Below are positions 18,341-28,194 of a stretch of DNA of 64,000 nt, in pieces. Origin of the DNA: Abditibacterium sp. Lineage in GTDB: Bacteria > Armatimonadota > Abditibacteriia > Abditibacteriales > Abditibacteriaceae. Made by a program: the position numbers and the translations under genes. Location: NCBI GenBank assembly GCA_965246885.1, contig OZ251992.1:3072001-3136000 (forward strand). The letters are read 5' to 3'. The number at the start of each line of letters is the position of its first letter. Position 1 is the stretch's first letter. Below the pieces are notes generated by a model. The model was not told the origin of the DNA. It did not search any database and saw nothing but the letters and a program-made list of their open reading frames with translations.

Positions 18341-19018
18341 ATGGGAATGGAACATATCGAAATCATCATGCGCGTGGAGGAGGAATTCGGCATTGAGGTC
18401 GCCGACCGCGAAGCGGAAGCCGTGCGGACGCCGCGCGACTTGTGCGCCCTGATAGAGCGCAAAGTCGCGCTTCTCGCCGCCGAGCAAAGCTCCGGTTGCC
18501 CGTCGAGTCGCGCGTTTTATCGGGTGCGGCGCGAGCTAACTGCGTTGGGCATTGAGCGGGCGGATGTCAAACCGGGCGCGACGGTCGAGGCGCTCCTGCC
18601 GCTCGCAAACCGCCGCGCGCTGTGGAAGCAGTTGGACGAGCGGCTGGAAGTCGGTCTGCGCCCGCTCCACCGTTCGCCCTTTTGGACTTACGTGGCCTTG
18701 TCGCCCCTTGCGGCGCTACCCTTCGTGTGGCATTTCGCGGGCGAAGCGCCGATGGTGGCCATGTGCTTTTGCCTGCCGCTCGTATGGTGGGTTGGATTTC
18801 GGGCGACTCAGCCGTTGGCCGTTCGTGTCCCGACGAAGCATGAGACCGTAGCCCACCTGTCGCGCCGTCTCGCGTCCACGTTGCCCGTAGTCGGAGATGA
18901 ATCTCCGACGCGCGAGCTATGGCCGCAGTTGCAAGGGATTCTCTCCGACGAACTGGGCGTCCCGCTCGAAAAGGTGACGCCCGACGCCGACTTTGTGCGC
19001 GATTTGGGCGTGGGTTAA
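18341..19018 (+). CDS. Membrane protein with split acyl-carrier-protein-like termini
   Basis: N-terminus EIIMRVEEEFGIEVAD.EAE.V.T..DL, C-terminus ILSDELGV..EKVTPDADFVRDLG, two central TM segments. Confidence 0.75.
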   Translation: MGMEHIEIIMRVEEEFGIEVADREAEAVRTPRDLCALIERKVALLAAEQSSGCPSSRAFYRVRRELTALGIERADVKPGATVEALLPLANRRALWKQLDERLEVGLRPLHRSPFWTYVALSPLAALPFVWHFAGEAPMVAMCFCLPLVWWVGFRATQPLAVRVPTKHETVAHLSRRLASTLPVVGDESPTRELWPQLQGILSDELGVPLEKVTPDADFVRDLGVG

Positions 19019-19971
19019 GAGGGCAAAGCGGCGACGCGCGCTGCCACTTCCGCGTGCGAAGGTAAGGAAGGAATGGCGCCCGCTTTTTGGGTGGCGAGGG
19101 CGCCGCACACGTTGGCGAAGCGTAGGGATTGGCCCAATTCCTCCGGGTTGAGGATGGCGTCGAGCGAACCGGCGCGGGCGACCTCGGCGAGGAACCCGGC
19201 GACAAAAGCATCGCCCGCGCCGAGGGTGTCAATGGCGGCAACGGCTAAACCCGCGACCTCGCCCTGCCCGCCCGCGAAGTCGTAGGCTGCGCCGTTTTTG
19301 CCGCGCGTTTGCAAGACCAAGCGCGGGCCAGCCTCGCGGATTTTGCGTGCGCCAGAGGTGAAATCGGCGGTGCCGGTCACGAACTCCCACTCCTCGTCGG
19401 CGACTTTGACGACGTCGGATAGCTCCATCATTTGCCAAATGAGCCGGTGCGCGAGGGCGGTGTCCTCCCACAGGGACGGGCGCCAGTTGGGGTCGAACGA
19501 GACCAAGCCGCCGTGTGCGCGCACGCGATGCGCGGCCTCGAATTGGGCGGAGCGGCACGGCTCCACGCTGAGGCTCACGCTGCCGCAGTGGAAGATGGTG
19601 GCATCATGGAGATCGGGCAAGTCGCGCTTACCAAAGTCCGCGTCGGCGCCGGGGTTGCGGTAGAAGACGATGTCTTTGGAGCCGTCGGAGCGGGTCGCCA
19701 CAAACGCGATGGTGGTGCGGTTGGCGCTGAGCTTTACGCCCGACACGTCCACGCCCTCGCGCCCGACCGTCTCGCGCAAGAAGTGCCCGAACGGGTCGTC
19801 GCCGACGGCGCCGACAAAGGCCGCTTCGATGCCCAAACGGTGCACGCCCACCGCCACGTTCGCCGGAGCGCCGCCCGGCGCTTTGACGAACTGCGTCGCG
19901 CTTTCCAAGTCCGCATCGGGCGCGGGCGACACCATGTCAATGAGCAACTCCCCAAAGCAAAAAACGCGCAT
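19015..19971 (-). CDS. PfkB family fructokinase-like kinase
   Basis: GELLID, PGGAPANVA, FDPNWRP and DTLGAGDAF motifs. Confidence 0.92.
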   Translation of the reverse strand: MRVFCFGELLIDMVSPAPDADLESATQFVKAPGGAPANVAVGVHRLGIEAAFVGAVGDDPFGHFLRETVGREGVDVSGVKLSANRTTIAFVATRSDGSKDIVFYRNPGADADFGKRDLPDLHDATIFHCGSVSLSVEPCRSAQFEAAHRVRAHGGLVSFDPNWRPSLWEDTALAHRLIWQMMELSDVVKVADEEWEFVTGTADFTSGARKIREAGPRLVLQTRGKNGAAYDFAGGQGEVAGLAVAAIDTLGAGDAFVAGFLAEVARAGSLDAILNPEELGQSLRFANVCGALATQKAGAIPSLPSHAEVAARVAALPS

Positions 19972-19986
19972 AGATAGGGCGCAAGG

Positions 19987-20907
19987 TTAGCGAATTTCGG
20001 GGGCACTCGTCACCCCGGCGCCCAACACAGCCGCCGCCATTTCCGTCATCGGCGCGCGCGCGTCCAGCCACGTCGCGCTCGTTTGGCCGCGAAACCACGT
20101 GCCTTGGCGCTTGGCGTATTGGCGGGTGGCGGTTTGCCAGAGTTCGACGGCGCCCGCCAAACTCATCTCGCCGCGCAGGTAGGCAACCAACTGCTTGTAG
20201 CCGACACCCCCCAAAGCGGGCGCATTGAGGCCGTATTGCTCAAGCAGAGCGCGCGTTTCTTCGAGGGCGCCGTCATGGAGCATCGCTTCGACGCGGGCAT
20301 GGATGCGGGCGTTTAACAGTTCGCGCGGCCACGCGAGGGCGAAGATGCGGGCGGGGCGGGACGCGGCTTCGCTCTGTGCGGGCGCGGGCGCGGGCGGAGA
20401 CAGGGCGACTTCGAGGGCGCGCAAGGTGCGGTGCGTGTCGTTGGGGTGCAAGCGCGCGGCAGCTTGGGCGTCCACGCCCGCCAAGCGCGCGTGCATCGCC
20501 TCGTTGCCGACGCGCGCGAGGTCGGCTTCCAAGCGGGCGCGCAGGGCAAAATCGGGCGGCGCGGCGGCGAGCGAAGCGGGTTCGAGCAGGGCGCGCAGGT
20601 AAAATCCGGTGCCCCCGCAGATGATGGGAACCCTGCCGCGCGCTTCGATGCCTTCGATGGCGGTGCGGGCGCGTTCGGCCCACGTCGCGGCGGAGAAGGG
20701 TTCATCGGGGCGCGCGATGTCGAGGAGGTGATGAGGGACTTGGGCGCGCTCCGCAGCGGTGGCTTTGGCGGTCACGATGTCGCAGCCGGTGTAGATTTGC
20801 ATGGAGTCGCACGACACGATCTCGCCGCCAATGCGCTCGGCAATGGCGAGTGCGAGCGCGGACTTGCCGCTCGCGGTCGGGCCGACAATGCACACGAGCG
20901 GCTTCAC
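19987..20907 (-). CDS. miaA: tRNA dimethylallyltransferase
   Basis: GPTASGKS, DSMQIY, HHLLD, GGTGFY and YAKRQ.TW motifs. GTG start overlaps the upstream stop. Confidence 0.95.
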   Translation of the reverse strand: MKPLVCIVGPTASGKSALALAIAERIGGEIVSCDSMQIYTGCDIVTAKATAAERAQVPHHLLDIARPDEPFSAATWAERARTAIEGIEARGRVPIICGGTGFYLRALLEPASLAAAPPDFALRARLEADLARVGNEAMHARLAGVDAQAAARLHPNDTHRTLRALEVALSPPAPAPAQSEAASRPARIFALAWPRELLNARIHARVEAMLHDGALEETRALLEQYGLNAPALGGVGYKQLVAYLRGEMSLAGAVELWQTATRQYAKRQGTWFRGQTSATWLDARAPMTEMAAAVLGAGVTSAPEIR

Positions 20908-22745
20908 GTCGCAAAGCGCGCTTCCCACCGCGTTTGAAAGCGCCCCTTGGCATCGTACAGCAAGGCCGACAGCGTGTGCTGGCCTGCGGGCAACGCGCGC
21001 GGATCGAGCGGAAGATACGTCGCTCCGCCCGACTTGGCGCGCGTCCAAAAGCGCCCATCTATCGCCAAGAACACCGTCCCCTCCCCGCCGAAACTCTTCG
21101 CCCACACGCCCACTTGCGTCGGTGCGTGCAGCGTTTGACCCGCGAGCGGCACGAAGATGGGCGGGATGGCGTCGCCCAAGTCCAGCCACTGCCCCAAGAA
21201 ATGCGGTGGCGCCGTCGCTTCCCTCCACGCCGCCAAGACTTGCGCGTTGTCCGTAAGCAGGTAGTCGCAGGGCGTCTTGCCTGCCGTCGGGTGGCGGAGC
21301 GTGTCGGCGTTGAACCAGTCCACCAACTTCACGCGCGGATACAGCAACGGGAGCGCGCCGTAAACCAAGCGCAGTTTGGCGGCGGCGAAAGCGGCACATG
21401 GGCGCGGGTCAACATGAGCTTGGTGGGACGCGGCAAACTCGCAGATGGCGATGGGCTTGCGCGCCGCGAACCGCTTGTAGATGGGGTCAAGCAGGGCAAG
21501 CGGGTTCTCGTCGAAGGCGGGCTTGTTCAGCTTGTCCTCGTGGTAGGGCACAGCGTAGAAGTTGACGCCAACCCAATCGCAGCCGTCGTCGCCGGGATAA
21601 TAGTCCATCGCGTTGCCCAACGGCGGGTTGTTGACGCACCAGATGGTCGCGGCGCGCGGCGCCGTCTCGTGGAGGACGCGGTTGACAAGCCGGAACTTGG
21701 CGCGGTAAAGCGCGGCGTCGCCGTTCCAACCGTATTGAGCGCGCGTCCACTTCCCGTTCATCTCCGACGCAAAGCGGATGAAGACCGGAAAATCAAAGGC
21801 GCGCAGTTCGCGGGCGAACTCATGCAAATACGCATCGTCGCGCACTTCCGGCAGGGTGCGGATGTTCGCGCCATAACGCTTGGAAGCGGACGGCTCCCAC
21901 GCGATATGCGGGATGGTGCCCGCCGCTTTGAGGCGCTCCGCCCACGCGCGCGGGAACGGCTGGCCGTAGCTCAGATACGTGAAGAGGGAACCGGGATGGC
22001 GCCCCGTCGCGCTCGCCCACTGCTCCGGCGCGCGATACCACTGCGAGCGGTCGGCCTCCCAAAACGGCGCGCCCAGCGATTCGTCGCGGTCAATGAACGC
22101 GCCCAGATAGCACCCCGTCACCGGCTCATTGACGGCGCTCGTCGTCCGATTGGCCGCGCCCTGCGCGGTTGTTTGGACTTGCAAAAACACGCGCAACTGG
22201 TTCTCCATCGCCCCCGCTTCATTGTCGGCGATAATGGACGCGTCCGCCAAACCTTTGGCGCGATACAGCGCCGCTTGTTCGCGGTCGAGCCGCGCGGCTT
22301 CGTCGTATAGCCCCGCCGCTTTGTTGATGCCTACCAACTCGCGGTAAGCCGCGAAGAGGTGGTATTTGGCGATTTGCGCTTTGAGTTGCCCGACCCGCGC
22401 CCCTGCAAGCGGCGCGCGCGTCGGCGGTGACGGCAGCGCCTTCGCTAACGGGGTCGCCGCCATCGGGCGCGGCGCGGCGGGAGCCGGTGACGCGGTGGCG
22501 GACGGCGGTGGCTCCGTGATGGACGGCGGCGATGCGGCGACGGACGCCCCTAATGTGGCCACAGACGTCTGGGCCGGGCGCGAGAAGGTGGGCGGCTTGA
22601 AATTGAGCGACGGATTGACGTGAGCGGCGGGCGGCGCAGAAAGAGGGGCGTCCGTCGGCGCGGCAGCAACTTCCGGCGCGGCTTGAGGCGCCGCGCAACC
22701 GACGAGCAGGAGCGGCGGCAGGAGAAAGTAAAGGACGGGACGCAC
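20904..22745 (-). CDS. Lipoprotein with GH26-like glycoside hydrolase domain
   Basis: Lipobox LVGC, Pro/Ala linker, AWEP, IRFASEMNG.W, YYPGD..DWVG and PIAICEF motifs. Confidence 0.82.
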   Translation of the reverse strand: MRPVLYFLLPPLLLVGCAAPQAAPEVAAAPTDAPLSAPPAAHVNPSLNFKPPTFSRPAQTSVATLGASVAASPPSITEPPPSATASPAPAAPRPMAATPLAKALPSPPTRAPLAGARVGQLKAQIAKYHLFAAYRELVGINKAAGLYDEAARLDREQAALYRAKGLADASIIADNEAGAMENQLRVFLQVQTTAQGAANRTTSAVNEPVTGCYLGAFIDRDESLGAPFWEADRSQWYRAPEQWASATGRHPGSLFTYLSYGQPFPRAWAERLKAAGTIPHIAWEPSASKRYGANIRTLPEVRDDAYLHEFARELRAFDFPVFIRFASEMNGKWTRAQYGWNGDAALYRAKFRLVNRVLHETAPRAATIWCVNNPPLGNAMDYYPGDDGCDWVGVNFYAVPYHEDKLNKPAFDENPLALLDPIYKRFAARKPIAICEFAASHQAHVDPRPCAAFAAAKLRLVYGALPLLYPRVKLVDWFNADTLRHPTAGKTPCDYLLTDNAQVLAAWREATAPPHFLGQWLDLGDAIPPIFVPLAGQTLHAPTQVGVWAKSFGGEGTVFLAIDGRFWTRAKSGGATYLPLDPRALPAGQHTLSALLYDAKGRFQTRWEARFAT

Positions 22746-22777
22746 CCGCTTAGTGTGCGAGAATCATGGGCGCCGCT

Positions 22778-23392
22778 TCATCCCTTGCGCGCCACCACTG
22801 CCAAGAGCGGCTCCCGCGCCCCTTTGGGGGTGCGGTCACGCTTTTCGATGCCCGTCCACCCGCCCGCTTCGGCCAGATACGACGCGACTAAGTCCAAGTG
22901 CCCCGCGTCGTCGAGCATCTGCCACGCCAGCACCGCCTTGGTCGGAAAGCAGCGATTGGAGAAGGTAATGATAAGCGGCGCTCCCACCTTCGCCACGCGC
23001 GCCGCGTCGCGCATGACTTCGACCGGGCGCGTCAGGTATTGCACCGACACGCAGCACAGCAGCGCATCGAACGAGTCGGGCTCAAACGGCAGCGTCGGGT
23101 CAGCGTTGAAGTTATGCACCACGAAATCGGACAAGCGCGGGTTAGCTTCCAACTCGCGCGCGTTCATCCCCGTCGCCGCGACGCGCCCAAATGTCATCTC
23201 TGGCGGCAGGTGCGACACCCAACTACTCATCAAATCGAGTACCGCCCCGCCCGGTGGCAGCAGTTCGCGGTAGAGCGCGGTCACGGCGGCGATGGTCGCG
23301 TCCTCGATGTGCGTTACCAAACGCGGCTGGGCGTAAAACAGCGCGTCGCTCGATTCATCGGCGCGGCGGAACAGGTGGGGCGAGAGGGGCAT
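22778..23392 (-). CDS. Class I SAM-dependent methyltransferase
   Basis: FY..PRLVTHI, LDLMSSWVSH, VSVQYL and FSNRCFPTKA motifs. Confidence 0.88.
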   Translation of the reverse strand: MPLSPHLFRRADESSDALFYAQPRLVTHIEDATIAAVTALYRELLPPGGAVLDLMSSWVSHLPPEMTFGRVAATGMNARELEANPRLSDFVVHNFNADPTLPFEPDSFDALLCCVSVQYLTRPVEVMRDAARVAKVGAPLIITFSNRCFPTKAVLAWQMLDDAGHLDLVASYLAEAGGWTGIEKRDRTPKGAREPLLAVVARKG

Positions 23393-23432
23393 GGCAAGCG
23401 CGGACATGGCAAAGCAGGCGCCGGACATCCGC

Positions 23433-23720
23433 CTAAAACGTCCGAACTTCTCCCGTATCCAGCCAGAACCACGCATTGCCGCAGCGAATAATCTGTCCAT
23501 CTTCCGAAAGAAATTCGGGCGACCACTCGACGCGCCCTTCCACTTCGCGGAGCAGTCCGGCCTTCAACAACTCGAAGAAACAGCCACTTTGGGGCGCTTC
23601 GAGATACGCGAGCAAGGCTTGGCGCGTCGGTTTCTCGTCGCGGACGAAGCGCGCGAACTGCCCGCCCCGCAACTGGATGCAAGCGTGGATTCGCCCTTCG
23701 TTGGCGAGGACAGAAAACAT
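23433..23720 (-). CDS. Small hypothetical protein (95 aa)
   Basis: ATG at 23720, protein-like composition, fills the gap co-directionally. Confidence 0.45.
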   Translation of the reverse strand: MFSVLANEGRIHACIQLRGGQFARFVRDEKPTRQALLAYLEAPQSGCFFELLKAGLLREVEGRVEWSPEFLSEDGQIIRCGNAWFWLDTGEVRTF

Positions 23721-23733
23721 AGGAAGCCACCCT

Positions 23734-23770
23734 AAAAACGGACAACCGGGATGCTTTCGCATCCCGGTTG
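23734..23770 (-). terminator. Intrinsic terminator
   Basis: Perfect 12-bp stem CAACCGGGATGC-GAAA-GCATCCCGGTTG followed by TCCGTTTTT on the minus strand. Confidence 0.72.
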
Positions 23771-23905
23771 CCTCTCCCCCCTCAACAATACGTAGAATTC
23801 AGGCGAAATCTTGCGGTGGTGTCGGCCCATGAGGGGGCCGCGAAAAGACTTCTCTGGATTGTCGAGGTCGGTGCGAAGCGCATCTCTGCGGCTCGCTTGG
23901 CGCCC

Positions 23906-23934
23906 AGTGTAGGCGATGGGGTCGCGGGCCGCAA
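23906..23934 (-). promoter_or_regulatory. Putative sigma70 promoter
   Basis: Minus strand TTGCGG-N17-TACACT. Confidence 0.5.
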
Positions 23935-24016
23935 CTTTTAAAGGGTGGCATTTTGTCCAGCCGCCCGCGATGGCGCCGAAAATGCGAAGGGAAGGCGGCT
24001 AAACTTCTTAGCCTTG

Positions 24017-24613
24017 GTGAAACGTATTTCTATCGGACTGTTGGCGTTGCAGGGCGACTTTTCCGCTCACACCGCGATTTTAGAATCGCTGGGCGCTCAC
24101 ACTCGCTTGGTGCGCGCGCCGCGCGACTTGGACGGCTTGGACGGCATCGTGTTTCCCGGTGGCGAAAGCACGGTTATGAGCCGCTTGTCGGAGCGTTACG
24201 GCCTGCTGGAACCGCTCCGCGAGCGGTTGCGCGAGGGCCTGCCCGCTCTTGGCACGTGTGCGGGCCTAATTTTCTTGGCGCGCCACATCGAAGGCGCATC
24301 CACCAACTTCGAGCAGACCACCTTGGGCGTTTTGAACTGCACCGTTCAGCGCAACGCCTACGGCGCGCAACGCGAATCGTTCCAGACTGAACTCGAAGTG
24401 CCGATTTTAGGCATTTCCATCGGGGCGACCTTCATCCGCGCGCCGCGCATCGTTTCCGTCGGCGCAGGCGTCGAAACGCTTGCGTGCTTCGGGGGCGAGG
24501 CTGTCGCGGTGCGTCAAAAGCAGATAGTGGCGTGCGCCTTCCATCCCGAAATCGCGGGCGAAGCGCGCTTGCATCGCTTGTGGCTGGACGGCATCCGAGG
24601 CTTTGTGCGATGA
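24017..24613 (+). CDS. pdxT: Pyridoxal 5'-phosphate synthase glutaminase subunit
   Basis: LALQGDF, PGGEST, GTCAG, RNAYG.Q and FHPE motifs. Confidence 0.93.
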   Translation: MKRISIGLLALQGDFSAHTAILESLGAHTRLVRAPRDLDGLDGIVFPGGESTVMSRLSERYGLLEPLRERLREGLPALGTCAGLIFLARHIEGASTNFEQTTLGVLNCTVQRNAYGAQRESFQTELEVPILGISIGATFIRAPRIVSVGAGVETLACFGGEAVAVRQKQIVACAFHPEIAGEARLHRLWLDGIRGFVR

Positions 24614-25728
24614 ACCGCTCGCCCTTTTTGACGCTCGCATTGGGCGTAGGACTGCTTTCGACGGGCTTTTTCGTGGGTTACGGCTTTCAAAGTCGCGCCG
24701 CGCAAACCGCCAAACTGCGCCCCCAAAGCCCGCCCGCCCCTCGCTCGCCGCCGCTCGTGAAGGGGCTGCACTCTTCGCCCGATGGGAGTTTGCTCGCGTG
24801 GACGGGCGTGTGGGATAAAACCTCGCGCGCGGGCGTGTGGGTCTTTGATGTCCGCTCCCACCGCGCGCGCTTGACCGCCTCGCCGCTCGGATGGCAGGAC
24901 TTCGTGTCGCAGTGGAGCACCGATGGGCGCGAGTTACTCGTGGAGCGCGAGAAAATCCCGCGCGCCGCCGCCGATGCCAAGGCCGGACTGTTCCAAATCG
25001 GCGTTGACCGCGCCAGCCTCCTGTCCACCCCGCCGCAAAGCGTCACTCCCGTCCTGCCGTCGGGCGAAAAGCTGGTGTCGGGCGCGTTCGGGCCGGACGG
25101 CTCGCTTCTTGTCAAAACGCGCCGCGAGCCGAAGAGTTTGTTCCTCGCGCGCGGCCCAAATGCGCGCCTCATTGACCGCGCGAGCGGCTCCTACGGCCAA
25201 AACCGCGCCGTCCTGCAAGGGGGCCGCACCGTCGTGTATGCCGTGCGCGACGTTGCTGGCGGTGGGGGCGCCGCCCTCTTCCGCATCAGGGACGGGCGCG
25301 CCGTCGCTCTGACCCCGCCCTTGGCTGACGTCGCGTGGAGTTATGTGTCGCCTTCCGCCAAGTATTTGGTCGTGGCACGCGATAACTCCTACGCAGGCGA
25401 CTACTTGTGGACGCTCTACGCCATCGAAGCGGGCGGCGCCCGCGAACTACGCACCCAAAGCGTGCCCGCCGACGCCATCTCCGTGTATTGGTCGCCCGAC
25501 GAGTCGCAAATCTTGGGCGCGGCGGGGCAAAAGCTGTGGAGCGTGTCGGTTCCTGCGCTCAAGGTGCGCCAGATCGGGGGCAAAGCCCATTGGGACGCGG
25601 ACGACGCGACGTGGATTGGCAACGACAACGCCGTCGCAGTCGCCGCCGATGGCGTTCTCTGGCGCGTTGACGTGGCGTCGGGAGCCGCCACAAAACTGTG
25701 GACGTTCCCCCCGCAGTTCTGGGATTAG
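24610..25728 (+). CDS. Membrane-anchored TolB-like beta-propeller protein
   Basis: N-terminal TM and repeated SPDG/WS.DG blade motifs. Confidence 0.65.
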   Translation: MNRSPFLTLALGVGLLSTGFFVGYGFQSRAAQTAKLRPQSPPAPRSPPLVKGLHSSPDGSLLAWTGVWDKTSRAGVWVFDVRSHRARLTASPLGWQDFVSQWSTDGRELLVEREKIPRAAADAKAGLFQIGVDRASLLSTPPQSVTPVLPSGEKLVSGAFGPDGSLLVKTRREPKSLFLARGPNARLIDRASGSYGQNRAVLQGGRTVVYAVRDVAGGGGAALFRIRDGRAVALTPPLADVAWSYVSPSAKYLVVARDNSYAGDYLWTLYAIEAGGARELRTQSVPADAISVYWSPDESQILGAAGQKLWSVSVPALKVRQIGGKAHWDADDATWIGNDNAVAVAADGVLWRVDVASGAATKLWTFPPQFWD

Positions 25729-26855
25729 CTCGCGCCCGCCAGCTTCACTCCCACGCGTCGCGCCCACTCCTCGTACACGAACGGCGAGACTTCGCTCGGC
25801 TTGATTTCGCTGCGCCCGCCCCAAAAGACGTTGGTATAACCGACCGCGATGCCGCGCTCCATCAGGTGCGCGTCTATGGCGGCTTTGTGGGCGAGGACTA
25901 ACTCCTTGTCGCTCCCGTGCGCGACTCCCATGATGTTCACGTCGCCAAACTCCGGCCCGCCCTCGCGCCAGTAAGCGTGCGTCATAATGTGGAAGCGGCC
26001 CACCTCGCGCCCCGCGTCCAGTTCGCGCCCGACGGGAACGCGCCAGTGAAACAGCGCGTTGAAGCGCGTCACGCGCTCGCCGCTTTGCAGGGGTTTGGCG
26101 TGTTCGAGAAACGTTGAGAAGCGCCCGATAATCCCGCGCGCGTTGAGGTCGCGCGCAATCGAGAGAAACTCCTCTAACGGCAACCCCGCCTCCTCCGCGC
26201 GGCCTTGCCACAGGTTCGGGCGCAGTTCGTCCGGCTCAAACTCGCGCTTGAGCGCAGTCAGCGCGCGCCATTCAAGCGGAGATAGCTGCGCGACAGTCGG
26301 CTCCAACACGGCCCCCGGCTCGTCCGATTTGGCGCCCGGTTCGAGCAGTCGGCGCCGCACATGCCCGACGCCCAAGGCGAACAAACGCTTGGCGGGCATG
26401 AGCTTATACGCCGTCGCGCCCGTTTGCGCCATGAGGAACTCGCAGTGCCGCTCCATCGAGAACCCCTGCGGCACTTTGAGCGTTGTCCACAAACGGTAGC
26501 GCGCGCCGGGAATGGCCGCGTCGGTCGAGCGAATCACCACGTGGCCCGAAAAGGGGTCACGCCCGAACATCCAATCAAACGCCGCTTGCAGCTTCTCTTC
26601 GGGCACCTGCCACGCAACTAAGGCGCCGGGCGCGAGATTGGTCGCCATGAGCGTTTGACGCACGCGGCGAATCGTCCCTGCTTCGAGCAGGGCGCGGATG
26701 CGCGCCGTCACCGTCTCTTCCTCCACGCCCGCCAAGCGCGCTATCTCGCCGAGCGGGTCGGCATGAAAGCCTTGGATTTTGTCTTCGGACACGCCCAAAA
26801 TGGCGGCGTTGACGGGGTCGGTCGTCGTAACGGGGATGGTTGGCGCAGCGAGCAT
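25725..26855 (-). CDS. Fused siroheme decarboxylase-like protein (AhbA/B, NirDL; Lrp/AsnC-like)
   Basis: Two AsnC-like halves, GALVAW.V and THAYWR motifs. Confidence 0.75.
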   Translation of the reverse strand: MLAAPTIPVTTTDPVNAAILGVSEDKIQGFHADPLGEIARLAGVEEETVTARIRALLEAGTIRRVRQTLMATNLAPGALVAWQVPEEKLQAAFDWMFGRDPFSGHVVIRSTDAAIPGARYRLWTTLKVPQGFSMERHCEFLMAQTGATAYKLMPAKRLFALGVGHVRRRLLEPGAKSDEPGAVLEPTVAQLSPLEWRALTALKREFEPDELRPNLWQGRAEEAGLPLEEFLSIARDLNARGIIGRFSTFLEHAKPLQSGERVTRFNALFHWRVPVGRELDAGREVGRFHIMTHAYWREGGPEFGDVNIMGVAHGSDKELVLAHKAAIDAHLMERGIAVGYTNVFWGGRSEIKPSEVSPFVYEEWARRVGVKLAGAS

Positions 26856-26918
26856 AAAGAATAGAAGTTTGGCGCGGATGGGATTAGCACCTTTGCCCGC
26901 AACAGAACGTGAAGTTCC

Positions 26919-28121
26919 TTAACCCAACAGCGTTCGCACCGCCTCGGTCATGGCGCGCGCGCCCAGTAGCACCGCGCTTTCGTCCACGTTAAAGCGCGGG
27001 TGATGGTGCGGAAACGTCGCGCCGATGGCCGCGTTACGCCCGCCGACGAAGAAGTAACAGCCGGGGATTTGCTCTAAAACCAGCGCCATGTCCTCGGCGC
27101 CGAGCGTCGGCTCGAACTCCAACAGGTTGTCCGCGCCCGCCACGCGCTCAAAAGCGGGCCGAAGCCGCTCGACGAGCGCCGCGTCGTTGACGACGGGCGG
27201 AAAGCCGGGCACCCACTGAAGCTCACCGCGTCCACCGAACACAGGCGGCAAACCAGCGACTATCTCCCGCACGCGCCGCTCCAACAGCGCGCGCACGTCC
27301 GATTTAAACGCGCGCGTCGTGCCCGACAAATGGGCTTCGCCGGGAATCACGTTAAAAGCGCTGCCCGCCCGAATTTCGCCGACCGTCACCACCCCCGCAT
27401 CGAGCGGCTTCACGTTGCGCGCCACGATGCTTTGCAGCGCCACGACGGTATGCGCCGCCATCAGAACCGCGTCCACCGTCTCGTGCGGGAGCGCGCCGTG
27501 CCCGCCTTTGCCTACTATCTTAGCGCGAAACTCGTCGGAACACGCCATGACCGGCCCCGGCGCGACGCCGATTTTTCCCTTCTCCAAGGGACTCCACACA
27601 TGAAGCGCAAGCGCGAAATCGGGCCGGGGGTCTTGCAACACGCCGCCCCGAATCATGCGCCCCGCGCCGCCCAAGCCTTCCTCGGCGGGCTGAAACATGA
27701 ACTTGACCGCTCCCCTTAAACTGTCCCGTTGCTTGCAGAGCAACCGCGCGACCGACAAGCCCACCGCCATGTGCGCGTCGTGCCCACAAGCGTGCATCAG
27801 CCCAGAATTGCCCGATTTCCACGCCCACTCGTTCTCCTCTGCAATGGGCAGCGCATCCATATCCGCGCGCACCAAAACGCACGGCCCCTCCCCCGCCCCG
27901 CCGCGAAGTAGCCCCACCACTCCCGTCCCACCCACTCCCTCGCGCACTTCCATTCCCAACGCCCGCAACCGCGCCGCGATAATGGCAGCCGAGCGCACCT
28001 CCCCAAACCCAATCTCCGGGTGCGCATGAAAGTCACGCCGCAGCGCGATGGCGTCGCTCTCCCAAGGCAAATCGAGCGACGGAGCGACGGTTTTCTGCAG
28101 CAGTTCAGGCGGGAAAGTCAT
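26919..28121 (-). CDS. M20D amidohydrolase
   Basis: H.HPE.GF, RADMDALP, MHACGHD, FQPAEE, GGHGA.PH and HHP.F motifs. Confidence 0.93.
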   Translation of the reverse strand: MTFPPELLQKTVAPSLDLPWESDAIALRRDFHAHPEIGFGEVRSAAIIAARLRALGMEVREGVGGTGVVGLLRGGAGEGPCVLVRADMDALPIAEENEWAWKSGNSGLMHACGHDAHMAVGLSVARLLCKQRDSLRGAVKFMFQPAEEGLGGAGRMIRGGVLQDPRPDFALALHVWSPLEKGKIGVAPGPVMACSDEFRAKIVGKGGHGALPHETVDAVLMAAHTVVALQSIVARNVKPLDAGVVTVGEIRAGSAFNVIPGEAHLSGTTRAFKSDVRALLERRVREIVAGLPPVFGGRGELQWVPGFPPVVNDAALVERLRPAFERVAGADNLLEFEPTLGAEDMALVLEQIPGCYFFVGGRNAAIGATFPHHHPRFNVDESAVLLGARAMTEAVRTLLG

Positions 28122-28194
28122 GGCGGGGAGTTTAAGGGGCAGATTCCAAGGGCGCTTGCGAGCGAGCGTCTACGCCTACATCGCCAAAGTCCCC

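Noticed and set aside
20908..21399. Long N-terminal extension of MiaA
   Set aside because: It overlaps the GH26 gene in another frame; homology starts at GTG 20907.
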